Below are positions 26,752-39,249 of a DNA stretch of 64,000 nucleotides, piece by piece. Positions within the stretch are counted from its first letter, which is position 1, and every line of letters starts with the position of its first letter. The notes under the pieces are model-generated. The model saw nothing but the letters and a program-made list of their open reading frames with translations. It made no database searches and had not been told where the DNA came from. Made by a program: the position numbers and the translations under genes. The DNA comes from Azolla caroliniana (Eukaryota > Plantae > Polypodiophyta), in NCBI GenBank assembly GCA_043228905.1, contig JBHGNT010000012.1, forward strand, positions 6,138,001 through 6,202,000, in the 5' to 3' direction.

Positions 26752-26799
26752 GTAAATCCATTGGCAATGCCTACGCTGGTTCGAATCTAGCTCGGCCCA
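26752..26799 (+). pseudogene. trnY: 3' half of plastid-type tRNA-Tyr (trnY-GUA); nuclear plastid DNA fragment
   Basis: GTAAATCCATTGGCAATGCCTACGCTGGTTCGAATCTAGCTCGGCCCA covers the anticodon, long variable arm, T-arm and 3' acceptor strand of land-plant plastid trnY. The 5' half is absent. Confidence 0.8.
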
Positions 26800-27443
26800 A
26801 ATATGAGACGGATACACTTTTGTGTATCACCTCTCCTACATTGCTTCATGAATTAGATAGAGTCTTACATGCTTAACCTAAACCCTAAACCCAAAGTTAC
26901 CCCCCTTCCCAAGGGCAATATGGGGGGTTAGAAATTTCTTGCAAATGTCCAAACCAAAGTGTGTGGGGTATAGTAAGTTAGTAAGCATTCTGGCTAAAAA
27001 GACATCAAGGAATGGATATGGTTTTTTGTTTGTAGTTTAGAGAATCTTTTTTGGGAGAGTTTAATGAGCTATTATTAAAAGCAGCCTACAAATTACAATC
27101 AGTCAATCATCCTATCCTATCCTATCCTTCCTTTTTTCTCTTTAAATGCACACACACATGTATACATATATGTACATACATTCATATATATCTATATATA
27201 ATATACTGTATATGTATGTACATAGATAAATAAATATGTATGTATATATATACATATATAAATATAAATGCTAAGAAGCAGGAAGACTGTTTTTGTTGTG
27301 TACTTATTTAGTCAATTAGCATTTGGTGAAAGAAAACAAACACAGCAAATGCAGTTCCCCAAAATAGCAGGAAATAGGGAATCAATATAACAATTACAAT
27401 GGTTTCTTCTAATAATAGGAAATGAAGTGCTCTGTTTCTTCTA

Positions 27444-27476
<33 letters not shown>

Positions 27477-27682
27477 TTTTACACATATGCATACACATTG
27501 ACACACACAAAGGAATAACAGAGTACTCTGCTTCCTTCTAATACAAAGAAGAACAGAGCATTTTTGTATATGTATGTGTATAAATATGTTGTACATGTAG
27601 CTAAGAACAGAAGTATTGTTGAGCATATCAAAGATCAATACTGAATTTCCGGACACACTGTGCTAAGAATTAAGATTTTTAG

Positions 27683-29869
27683 ATGGCAAGAAGTTTCGCT
27701 TTCGCTTTCAATAACTCGCATTTCTCCGATCGACTTCTTCTCTTCGAGGTTTCGAGTTCTCCCCTAATTCGCCCACATTACAAGGTATCATTCAGATTCT
27801 TCTTCTTTTTATGAGTAGATGAAGATTTCATTTGTATGGTGGGTACATAAAAGAATTGTGTATACATTTCATACAATGAATGAATCCTTCACTCCTCTGT
27901 GTGTATGTGTATACAAACATTCCCTGAAGCATTATACCTGGTATGAGTATTATAAACACGTATTCACTGGTATCATATACTTATACATATACAGTACATC
28001 TTATGCATATCTTTTGGTTCAATAAATTGGTTTTTTGTGAATAAAATGTGATTTCGAGTTTACTTCATGACATTTATACATGTCTTGTTGGTGTATAGGA
28101 AATTGTACAATCAAAGAATGAAGAAAATGGGGAAAGATTACACATAGCTGCGAATGAGGAAGATAGAGAAAGGTTGCATGTCGAGATAAATGGGGAAAGT
28201 AGTGAAGGATTACATGAAGAGATGAAAGAGGAGAGTAATGAGAAAAGATTACAACTTCATGTTAACTCTGTAATACTAGCTTCACATTCTGAGTACTTCA
28301 TGAGCCTATTCGGTAATGGAATGAGCGAATCGAGCTCCGAAGTTGTGGTTGTGCAAGTCACAGAAGAAGGTGTTCTATCTTTCTTGCCGAAGAAATTGTA
28401 TGCTTGCTAATGATGGTACCATTTGTATTCTTTGGAGATGTATTATCCATAGAAACAAATGTTATCATCATCATCAATCCAATTTATGTTGAATTCTGTA
28501 AACTGGATATAAATTTATTTATATAGATGTAGGTTATGGAATCTGGATTATTAGTATTTATATAGTAGTATGGTTATAGATCAAACATTTGTGTATATTA
28601 TGGATACATATATACATATAATGACTAAAAAACGGATACATTGATTGTGTGTTTTCCATTTTGTTTTGTTCAGAGAGACTTGGCTTGATGAGCCTCATCG
28701 AGTATATGTATACAGGACATCTGAAAGAACCATCCAACACTGAATCATCACTAATGCTCCTTTGCTTAGCTGATAGGTTTGCTATATATTCATGTATGGA
28801 GCCATTGGTAGAGGTGTTTAAGAGCTATCCCAGCACACTCCATGATTGTCTCTTAGTGCTGGGCCTTCCGGAAACATTGAAATCGAACAAAACTGTCCGG
28901 CCAATCGTAGAGAGTTGTTGCCGCTACTTGTGCGAACGATTCCGAGACATATCCAACACGAAGCATCGGCCTGAGCTGCTCTCGCTTAGTGTCGAAGGTT
29001 TCAAAGTGGTTCTCGGGAGCGATTTGCTCGACATCCAATATGAAGAAGATGTTTTCTTTTGTCTTTCGGATTGGATTGAAACTAACTACAATGATGCAGA
29101 GAGCCGAGCCGTGGTGGCATCGGAATTGGCTGAGATGGTGAGGTTTCCATGGATAACCGGGGATTTCCTCGAAGATGTCGTCTCAGAAAGTCCCCTCATG
29201 CAAAGCCATGCTTGCCGAGCTCTTGTGATGGAAGCTGTGAGATTTAGAAGCTATACACAAGCTCGGCAACAGCGGGCGATGCTTGAGACAACCTCCCACA
29301 ACCGCTTCCGACCTCGCAACAACCTCATTCTCGAGAACTTCTGGGGGAGTTGTAAAACCTATGTCCTACATCAAACGGAGACAAGTTGCCTTGCACATTT
29401 TGAGTTCCCTCTAGAGTTGGTAATTTGTATGGGTGAGAGCTTTAGGTCTCGAACATTGACACTAGGTTCAGATTCTAAGTACAATTTCTACCTCCGTGCA
29501 ACTCCGAAAACCATAAAAATGGCATATAATGCTCAGGTCACTTGTTGCATTGCTCTCATGTGTGCAAGGAATCCAATGTGGAATAGAGATTCAGATGAAG
29601 AAAGCCATTCTAATTCCAACACATGGCTTGAATATACAATCTCCATGAAGAGGCAAAACTCACAAGACTATGACTCAAGTGATAGTGGTCATTGTGATTT
29701 GGGGGTTTCTGAGGGCACTTGCGTTCAATTTGATGACCTATTTTCTGGTTGGTTTGTTGAGAGAGGATTTAGCTTCCCTCGGTGGAATTTGTCAATCAAT
29801 GGTTCCATCTCCTTTAAGATTGATCTTCACTTGTGTCATAAAGCCGATGATGCAGAGAGCAATGCTTAA
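27683..29869 (+). CDS. BTB/POZ-BACK domain protein, POB1/LRB-like, 3 exons, about 522 aa
   Basis: Exons 27683-27784, 28099-28369, 28674-29869 (GT-AG, 1569 nt open). FAFAFNNSHFSDRLL, LHVNSVILASHSEYFMSLFGNGMSES, LIEYMYTG, LADRFAI and the BACK segment EEDVF...WI...VRFPWI. Confidence 0.9.
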
Positions 29870-30948
29870 AAGGTGATGTGCTTTTTCTGGATATGGTTTC
29901 CACACAAATTCCTCAAAACTTTGATGTTTTTGTTGTTGAGAAGCTAATGCAATTTTTCATTGTAACAAGTATTTTTCTTCTAATATACGGATTCAATGTA
30001 ATAGCGAGCGGTTCTTTCATTGTCCCAAAAAGGAAGAAAAATACATATGGCTCAAAACATAAAGAAGCCTATGCCAATGAAGTATATGACAGCCCCAGAA
30101 CACCACATCCAATGCAAATCAACTGTGTGCTTGTATATATCACTGCATACATTTCATGAGAAGACTAAGGGTAGCATTTCTCCTAAACCTTAAAATCATA
30201 GTTGAAATGAACACAATTAACTTACTGAAGGTTTGATTTCTTTTACCCACTTCAACATGTATATAATGTAGAAGGCCACTAATTGCAAACAATTACTGCT
30301 GTTGTCAATCATTACAGTTACCATGGCTTATGTAATTACTGACTAATTGCAAGTAATTACGGATTTTGCCAATCATGTTTAGACACTCAATCATAGTGAG
30401 ATTATGTATGCAACCAAAGTTAGAATCAAGTAGAAGAATACATGAAAACAATTCACCTATTATCACCATGTCTGATTTTCAGCAACTGTCTCCAAACCTT
30501 TGTATTATGAATTATATTAGTAAACGATATACACCTATGAAAATGTTCGATATAGTTGACAAACTGAAACCAGGAAAGGATTATCAACAGTTCTTCATGG
30601 CTTTTATAGAACTTGATTATGAACAAATTATAAATAAAACAGATAGTTTAAGAACAATTTATGAATGAAATAAAAACATAAAAACACATCATAACAAATT
30701 GTAAAACTCAAAAATCTTTTACCCCATTTTTGTAGGCATTTTCGGCATTGAATATTTGAACGTAGTATTTTCATGATCAAGTATTTAAACATAATTGCTC
30801 TTGTTTATGGTACACAGATAGGCACCAAATTCAGCCTAGAAGAAGATGTTGACATTACCTAGGCTTAGTTCTAACTCTTCTTACATTGTCTAGCTGATGA
30901 ATATAAGGTGTGGACTACTCAAAAAAACAGAAATTTCTGCCTTCAGCA

Positions 30949-33900
30949 TCATCGTCTCTTCTTTGCCTTTGATACCTTTGACTTTGAGGGTGTCACCAAC
31001 AAATAGGTAAAAAGGCCCACAATAGAAATTACAGATACAAGGGGACCATATTTTCCAGCTAATGCCTGAATAACAAGCACACAGTAAACAAATAGATATA
31101 AGTTGGTTTTTACACCTATAAACTAATGCAAAAAACATTAAAAAACAAGTAACTAGGATTTTCTTTTATACCTTCACCTGTGGAAAGTGATGAATCCATG
31201 AAATCCCATCAAAAGAAAAAGAAAACAAGAAAAATAAGATTGACTGCAGAAGAGAAAACCATTGTAACCTAAACAAGTTTAGTGCAACTGTATTTATAAT
31301 ACTTACCCATTGATATTTCTGATCTGGAGAGACTTCCGAGAGCAAGTCTAATTCAGGAATGGGGGTTGACAATGCCTCCTGCACACCAACGCAGCTAGGC
31401 TTAAATCATATAGAACATATAATGCATAAGATATACCTGACAATTTAATCAATCTTCTTAAATGCAATTCGATCAGAAAAACAAGAGATATTAGACCTAT
31501 TCAAAGAAAAGCAGTCATGTGACATTCTTTGATCAAACAAAACCATAGTTCCCCAAACGTAGTTCATAAAGAGTACTCTTTACTTGATCAGAAAAGCAAA
31601 ATCCTCTACAGTAAGTAGCTCCACACTAGCAAATTACCTCAAATTACTATGCATGTTGTATCTTTGTAATCACTTGCACAAGAATTCAGTTGGAAAGAGT
31701 TTCCACACTATTTGTGGTCTTTCCTCAAGATACTTTATACTCAACTAAGTTCCTCAATCAGGTGAGGTTTTGTGGGTTATGGACCACATGGATACATCCA
31801 TACCCATACATGAACTAAGTTCCTCAATCAGGTGAGGTTTTGAGGGTTATGGACCACATGGATACATCCATACCCATACATGAATGTAAGTCCCAATCAT
31901 ACTAGACTTGATGTAGCTATTTTATCAAATATAAAATCTCACAGTTTACCACAGGATATATCATCATACTGTACACATTCATTCATTGTAGCTTTCAATC
32001 AGCCTATAATCTTCATATATTTTTGGATAAAACAGAAGACATACCTGTAGAGTGGATTTTGCAGCAACTCTGTATTTTACCACTGCAGGTGGACCATAGA
32101 AGAGGCCTTTTTCTTTGGACTCTAGAGTGAAAGTATGTGTCAAAGTCTTTCCACTGGATACACAAAAGAGTGTTAAAAGTAAGATAAAACTATTTGTAAT
32201 TGTATATCATCAAAACATACATGGAGATATTATATAAATATAAAATATACAACGAAGACATATACCCTTCTAGCTTGTCCCAGGAGTTAGAACTGTTTCC
32301 GCTAACAATGGTGAACTTCTCGCTGGGCCATGTATCATCATTTAAGCTCACATCATATGCAGTGCTGAAAAAATAGACAAAAATTTAGCACTGGAATTTC
32401 GAAACTGCTATCCTGCCTGAATTTTTCTACGGAACTCCAAAATACCCTGATCTTATTTAGTTTCCCACGCATCTCTTTAAGTTTTCTTCATTTCCCATGG
32501 TCAAACCCAAGAAAGAGAGAAATGAGAGGAGGAATAAACATGTCATTGCTAGCAATAAAAATAATAATCAAGAAAACGGGAGTGAATTAAACATGTAACT
32601 GTTCAAATAACACATACAATTGGTCAAGCTGGCTTTTACCATGGGTATTTGGTAAAATAAAGAATAATGCAGGCCTATTTCAGAGTTTCCCCTGAATTTT
32701 ATCATGGTCATGCACAACACGGGTGAAATGCTCATGAAGATTCAGCGCTCCTTCAACTTGAGTTTTTTCTCTAGGTCTTATAAAGACATAAAAATAGAAA
32801 TGTTAACAATGATCAGCAAATTAGCATTAAGATCATTATATTTTGACAGGAATGTAACAGAAAACTTTGTTTTTGTACCAAAATGAAAAGCAATTTATCA
32901 GACTATGAACAAATTAATACTTTTAAGGTTTATGACACAATTACAACATGATTTTGTCTGGGTTAATAAAATGGATTTTGACAGGACTAAAACATGAGAG
33001 TTTGGTTCTCATGTCCTCATGAAAATTGGACGTTCATGTCACATGATACAGCAAATTAGAATGAAGAATGTTAACAGCAGTGCCCTGTCCCTACATCTTT
33101 CTAAAGAATTCAATCATTCAGCTGTCCAATCCCCTCTCTAATGCCATAGATTTTACATTATTCTGATCGATAATCAATAAAATACTAGAAATTAGATTTT
33201 AAACACTTAAGAGAAGAGCAATTCTTTTATGGTGAATCAACGAAATAGCATGGTGTATATTTGCATAGACCTACTGAAAAAGCATCTTCAATGCCTATGT
33301 ATTTGCAATGTTTCGAATGGAAGTTCCCAGAGGACCATAAATATAGGTGATGTGGAAGTATCATACGCAAAAGGTCATTGAGAATCACCAAAACCGAATA
33401 ATTTACCACAGATCAAACAGAACAAGGAATAAGCTATCTTCTACACCAATAATTTCAACAGTCTTTCCCATGGAAAATTGCCCAAAAAGATTGTTTTTGT
33501 ACAGACATTTCAGCTGTAAGTTTTTTTCAGGCCTAATCTTGCATAAAATTTGATGAAGGATCACCAAAACGTGTGCTTTATAGTGATGGAAAAACCGAAA
33601 TGATCAAACGCAGATCTACCAAAACCTTGATGTATATCCTCCTACAAAAGAGCCTAAGTTTCTAGAAAAATTTGATCAAGAAATCGGTAGAAACGTAAGC
33701 TTTAACATGTATCTAAAATATATTTGAGGTATAACAACTTCTTCAAGCAATAAGCTCTTAGCATAACTTCCATTGAGAATCACCAAAAGGGAATGATTTA
33801 GTACAGATGTAGCAGAACTTGGAAACATCATCTTCATTAATACCTTCTCCGACATAAGATTTTAACAAAATACCCATCAAAATTCACCAAAAAAGTCTGC

Positions 33901-34573
33901 TTTGGCACCGATCTTACAGAAGCTTTCACAAAATTGCCCTAAAATTTATGATTAAAACACAAAAAACAAACAAAAACTCTTGGCAAAATTGTCCATCAAA
34001 ATTCACCAACAAGAGAATGATATAACACTGGTCCACCATAAGCTTTTTACAGAATTCTGAAAAACAAATTCGCCAAAAGGTTATGATTTAGCACAATTCT
34101 AGCAGAAAACGGAAGTACAGTCTGTTGTGATACTTTGTTCAAGGGCTAATACTTTAGCACAACTTTGAGGTAGAAATCACCAAAAGAGTTTGTGATAACA
34201 GCAGATCAAACAGAAACTAAATCTAATTTCTACAAAATTATGATCTAGAATCACCAGAAAGAGCTTTGTATAACACGGATCTAACAGGAGATAGGATCTC
34301 GCCTCTACAAAACTCCAAATCTACGTTCACGAATAACGGATTTCATTATTACAGATCTAGCAGGGAGTCCAGGGAATTTACTTACGTGAATCCAACGTTG
34401 TGGAGGCTGATCGAAACGGTGACATGCTCAGCGGATTTGACCTTAGAGATGGAAGCTCTCTTATGGACGACAAGAAAGGCGTCATCAGCAGCCATGGCAG
34501 AGGGGGAGAAGAGGAGACATGACAGGAGAAGAAGACCGAGGGAGAGACAGGGGGCTGTGTTGAAGCTCGCCAT
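30949..34573 (-). CDS. SSR2: Translocon-associated protein beta (TRAP-beta), 5 exons, about 194 aa
   Basis: Exons 34573-34386, 32364-32266, 32153-32045, 31378-31307, 31065-30949 (GT-AG, 585 nt open). Signal peptide, AFLVVHK, VTVSISLHNVG, TAYDVSLNDDTW, C-terminal TM helix and basic tail PSKSKVSKAKKRR. Confidence 0.93.
31743..31882. repeat. Near-perfect 70-bp tandem duplication in TRAP-beta intron 3
   Basis: AACTAAGTTCCTCAATCAGG...CCCATACATG at 31743 and 31813, with one visible mismatch. Confidence 0.92.
33375..34375. repeat. Degenerate minisatellite in TRAP-beta intron 1
   Basis: Recurrent AATCACCAAAA...CAGATC..CAGAA modules, roughly 60 bp apart. Confidence 0.6.
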
Positions 34574-34664
34574 ATCCTTTCTGCTACGGCTACTGCTCCT
34601 GCTTCCCGAATTGCTGAGTATGAATGAACAGAATCGCCCAAAACAAACCCTTCTTCTGACTGAC

Positions 34665-34948
34665 TGTATTTGTATAGTATACATAGTATATACTATAAAG
34701 TATATACTATAGTATACATAGTATAATAGTAAATACATACATATGTAGTAAAGTATAGTATAACTCATAAAGTTATAAGTATTTACCTACATAGCATCAC
34801 ATTAGTAAATACATAGTAAAGTATAGTATCGTATACATAGTAGAGTGTAGTATAATAGAGAATACATAGTATAGTAATCATATAGTGTACAAAGTATAGT
34901 GTAGATTATACATATACATAGTATAGTATAGCGATAGTGTAGTGTATA
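34665..34948. repeat. Degenerate (TATAG/TACATAG)n simple repeat upstream of TRAP-beta
   Basis: Visible low-complexity repeat. Confidence 0.8.
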
Positions 34949-37828
34949 CCGGAAGGTTTTGCACTACCGAAGGCTACTACGCACGGGGCGTGTTGGGTGG
35001 TGTGTTTGTTGTCGTCCCGCCTGCCCGTTGTCTATCGATGCGTGCAAACAAGTTCTGTCACTATTAGATGGGGTGAGCATCGCATGCGTAGCCGCTGTTT
35101 TTTGTTTTATAAATTCCCACTACGAAGAGATTATGTGTGGGTGCAGTAAGTGCCTGTGCCCGTTGGTGTATATTGTGTCGAGGTGCAATGTTTGTCATAT
35201 ATCTCAGTATGTTGTGTGGGGCCATGCATTGATCTGAGATCATACATACATGGGGATGCTCAATGATATTAGGTTACACCTACGTAAGTATTCACTCATG
35301 TTTATCTCATGCTCCCAATGTTGGTCCTTTAGATTGCATACAAGTTACATATGTTGAATCAATAGAGGTGCATTGGTGTTAGACAAAGACCCATACAAAG
35401 CATGGAGGGTGTGCATTCATGTAAACTATATGCTCAGGTTATGTTGGCACGTGTAACATCGTGAGATGGTACTTGCACTTGTATTCTTTGGTGTTTACCT
35501 CCTCTCTAACAAAGAGCTCCTCTAAAATTTCCATAAACAAATGTGTGGTTACTTAATGGAGATGCATAGGTGAGAGATGTGGAGGTGTATGTTGGTTTGA
35601 TCTTCTCCCATCCAACAGGGTCCTCTAAGTTATGCATAGATTATACTCGAGTAATGTTTTCATTGGTGTTGAAATTATTCTACGAGGCCAAGTATATATA
35701 CGTAGCTCTCTTTGTTGAATCATGGACGTGCATTGGTATTAGATGATGCGTGGGTAATCTATGATGTGTGCCTCAATGTTGATATTCTATCGTGGAAAGG
35801 AGGTTCTCTAAATTGTATATAGATTATTTATTGGTTTATGTTTATGGATGTTAAGGTTTCCACTCCTTGTTTTATGGATCCAACCTGATTAGCCATTCAT
35901 AAATTGTTAGCTAAACATTGGAGTTATTGAGATTCAACAAGACAATATCACAATGTAATCCAACTTAGAAAATGGAAGATGAACACACATCCTTGTCTAT
36001 AAATTTAAGCATTTATTGGAATTAAAACGACTTTTTCAACTTCTAGTTTACGGGAACCCTATAAGTTATTACATATCCATGTAAGCATAGTACACCACTA
36101 GTAATGGCAATCAAATAACAATATTTGTCATAATGTCATGTTATAAGGTCATGGTTCAAACAAGAAAGTCGTCTCTTTTTGTGTTGCAATTCCATAAGGA
36201 GGGACGGTTCACTAAATTTCTCGCATAAACAAAGATGGTTTCCTAAATGTCATGACAACTAGAAACAATAATGTACCCCAAATCAACCAAAATTTGAATT
36301 ACAAATTGGCCAAGACTAGATCTATCGGTTGATATAAAAAATGAGACATCTTGGGTTGGATTATAACACGAGAATATTATGTCAATTACAAATTATGGCT
36401 GCACATAAAATATGTGACAATAAATGCATGTTTAAGACTTGTATTTTAAATAATATGGAAGGTCATGGCTTGAAATTTTGAAGCTAGAAACATGGAATAT
36501 AATATTACATTTGTTGTAGAATGCAATATTGGAACCTTTATACCTATACTTCAATCTCATTGCTTGCCTCAAAAATAGCTTTCCAAAATCACTTCAATTT
36601 CTTTTACTAAGGTAAATGGTGATGAAAAAAACACACATCTCAATTATGTGGAAGAAATTAGAAGGAAAATTGTAGAGTTATTTGCAGAAAACAAGGACGA
36701 CAATACCAAGACGTTCTTATTTTGACATTGAGATTGTAAAGGAAGTTATAGTTTTCTATTTATAATGACTTTGAAACTTGTTTTTACCCAACTGAAGGAC
36801 CGAAGACGATAGCATTGCGAACAAAATTCTTGACCACTGAGGTGTTTGAAACACTCTCCTAAAAAGGTAGGAACACCCACCATAAGCTAAAATGGGATGT
36901 TGTACAATTTCAAGAGGAAATCATTGATGACACAACATTTTATAAAAAATCAATTAGCAAGCGTAAGGATTTCATTGCAATGGTATTTCAATTCAATGGT
37001 AATTTACCTATATCATGATATTTGGAATTTGATATTTGATTTAAAGGTTCACAACATTAGAGAATACTTAAAGTTCCACCTTTTGTTTAGTAGTTTGATG
37101 CATCTTTGCCATCACATAACTTTGCAAAAACATTTAACCAAGGTTTTACTCGCATTTTTAACTTGATTCGAATCGGCAAAGTCTTTGCACAAATGACCAT
37201 CCACGAGAAAGCATCGAATTATGAAAAAATCCAAAACTCATAAGAGTCCTAAAATATTTCATGCATTTGCCAAACTTCCAACATTCTACAACGTGGCCTT
37301 AAGAAGTACGAAGGAAAAAACCTAAGGACCAACTTAGGAATCAACATTTGAAATGGAAGTACTTTTTGACATTTGACATCGTGACAAAGGTGATGCAAAA
37401 AGTATAACAATCGCATCCAAATGTTTTTTCTATAAATAATTTAGCCTCACAAACACTTTTGTGATTGGAAATATGAGAACAATTTTGTGAATCTATCAAA
37501 TCAATAATTAAAATGTCAAGATCTTGGCAATAATATGGATGGACCAAAATAATGTGTCATTCAGAATTCTCACAACTTTTGGTTGCAAATTATACACGAA
37601 GACATCCCTATAAGTCACTATAAAATAAATGGAATAACAAACATCATGACCTCTATATATTTTATATGAGATTTTAAATGGCCTTCTTGATCCCATCTAA
37701 CTACGGGTGTGTCATATTAAAGCCTATACTGTGAAGTCTGAATGGTTGTGGGTTAGAGGCTTAAGCAATGGATATGTTGTTGCCTCCAAGATTCAAAGGG
37801 CTTCCAAGCTGCCTCAACGGTTAGTACT

Positions 37829-38043
37829 AAAAGATCTAGGCGGTGTTAGTCGCCAAGGACTGGAAAAATTACAAAAGGATATGGGCAACATTAATCTCCA
37901 AGGACTAGCAAATTTACAAATGGATTTGGGCGGCGTTAGTCGCCAAGGACTGGCAAAATTACAAAAGGATCTAGGCGGCCTTAGTCGTCAAGGACTCACA
38001 AATTTACAAAAGGATTTGGGGCGGCATTAGTTGCCAAGAACTG
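37829..38043. repeat. 45-bp tandem repeat, about 4.7 copies
   Basis: AAGGATYTRGGCGGCGTTAGTCGCCAAGGACTRGCAAAWTTACAA unit; translates as a 15-aa period KDLGGVSRQGLxxLQ. Confidence 0.9.
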
Positions 38044-38083
38044 AAATCCTTCAATTTCTTAATTCAATTTTATGAGCACAAAC

Positions 38084-38506
38084 TGTTACAGGCATGACCA
38101 TATAATATCCCGTAGTATTTTATACACGTGGATAAGTGTGAGGGTTAAACAAGAGTGTAAAGAAGGGGATGATTACTTTTAATCCTCGGATTGAGACAAC
38201 CCATTAGGCCAAGAGTGAACTTGCCTGGGGGCCTTGGGTATCGCTATAAATATGAGGCCTACCTACCCTCATTTCATCATATATCTCGACTTGGCCTAAT
38301 GGGAGGGTAGCTAGGCCTCATATTTATAGCGATACTCAAGGCCCCCATGCCAGTTCACACTTGGCCTAATGGGTTGTCTCAATCCCGAGGATTAAAAGTA
38401 ATCCTCCCCTTCTTTACACTCTCGTTTAACCCTGACACTTATCCACGTGTATAGAATACTACGGTAAATTCTCACCGCAGGATATTATATGGTCATGCCC
38501 GTAACA
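38084..38506. mobile_element. 423-bp fold-back element with TG...CA ends and 5-bp TSD
   Basis: Arms 38084-38270 and 38303-38506 are near-identical inverted repeats around a 32-nt loop. Ends are TGTTAC...GTAACA. CAAAC flanks both sides (38079-38083, 38507-38511). Confidence 0.88.
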
Positions 38507-39249
38507 CAAACAAACCACTCCTTAACAAAGACATTCAAGAAGATAAAAAACTATGAGATAAATACGTTTTCAAAGATCTTTTGGTTATTCCCCATCAGTA
38601 CTTGGGTCAACCCCAAAAGGACCAATTACTCACATCGTGTGATCCTGGGTCTAAAGTCAAAATACTCGTTTAATGTGAGAGCTTGTTGCCCTTTAATATC
38701 CGACACCCAATCCAATGAACGTGGAGACCAAGACACCAACAAGGGACACCAAGCTTGACAAATTACAAGAAAAAGGGGATAGAGTAAACCCAAATAGGAA
38801 GCGATATAGCCAATAGGTTGCCTAGTATTAAAGGAACCCACTGACCTTGTAAAAAGTTATAAAAGCCACCTTTATGTGACTTTTGTAGCTCTTCTCCAAT
38901 ATTGGGTTTTCTCCTTTCCTTTAGTGTATTAGAGCTTTCACTCTATCCCCTTAGTCCTCTATTAGAGCTAAGAACAATTAGGGTTAGGAGCTAGTTCAGC
39001 CAAACCCTAGTATTTCCAATCTTGTATGGTGCTAAACCTCCTTGGTAATAAGAAATGGTGTATTCATTGTCTTCAAATCCATTTCTATGTATGAGAGAGA
39101 GAGAGAGAGAGAGAGTGTGTGTGTGTGTGTGTTAAGTAAGCTAGTAGTTAAAGGGTGGTTGACAACTACCCTTGTTCGTCTTGCCACTAAAAGGGTATAT
39201 GTCGGTCGGTTGCTTTTCGCCCCCTCTAATTGTAACCACTCGCAATAGG

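Noticed and set aside
26752-26799. Functional tRNA-Tyr
   Set aside because: The 5' acceptor strand, D-arm and 5' anticodon stem are missing.
26877-26895. Interstitial telomeric repeat
   Set aside because: Only about two CCCTAAA units, too short to separate from the common telo-box or chance.
37707-38030. 107-aa repeat protein (KDLGGVSRQGL...)
   Set aside because: Non-ATG start, and the ORF is explained by a 45-bp DNA repeat that loses frame in the last unit; no splice context found.
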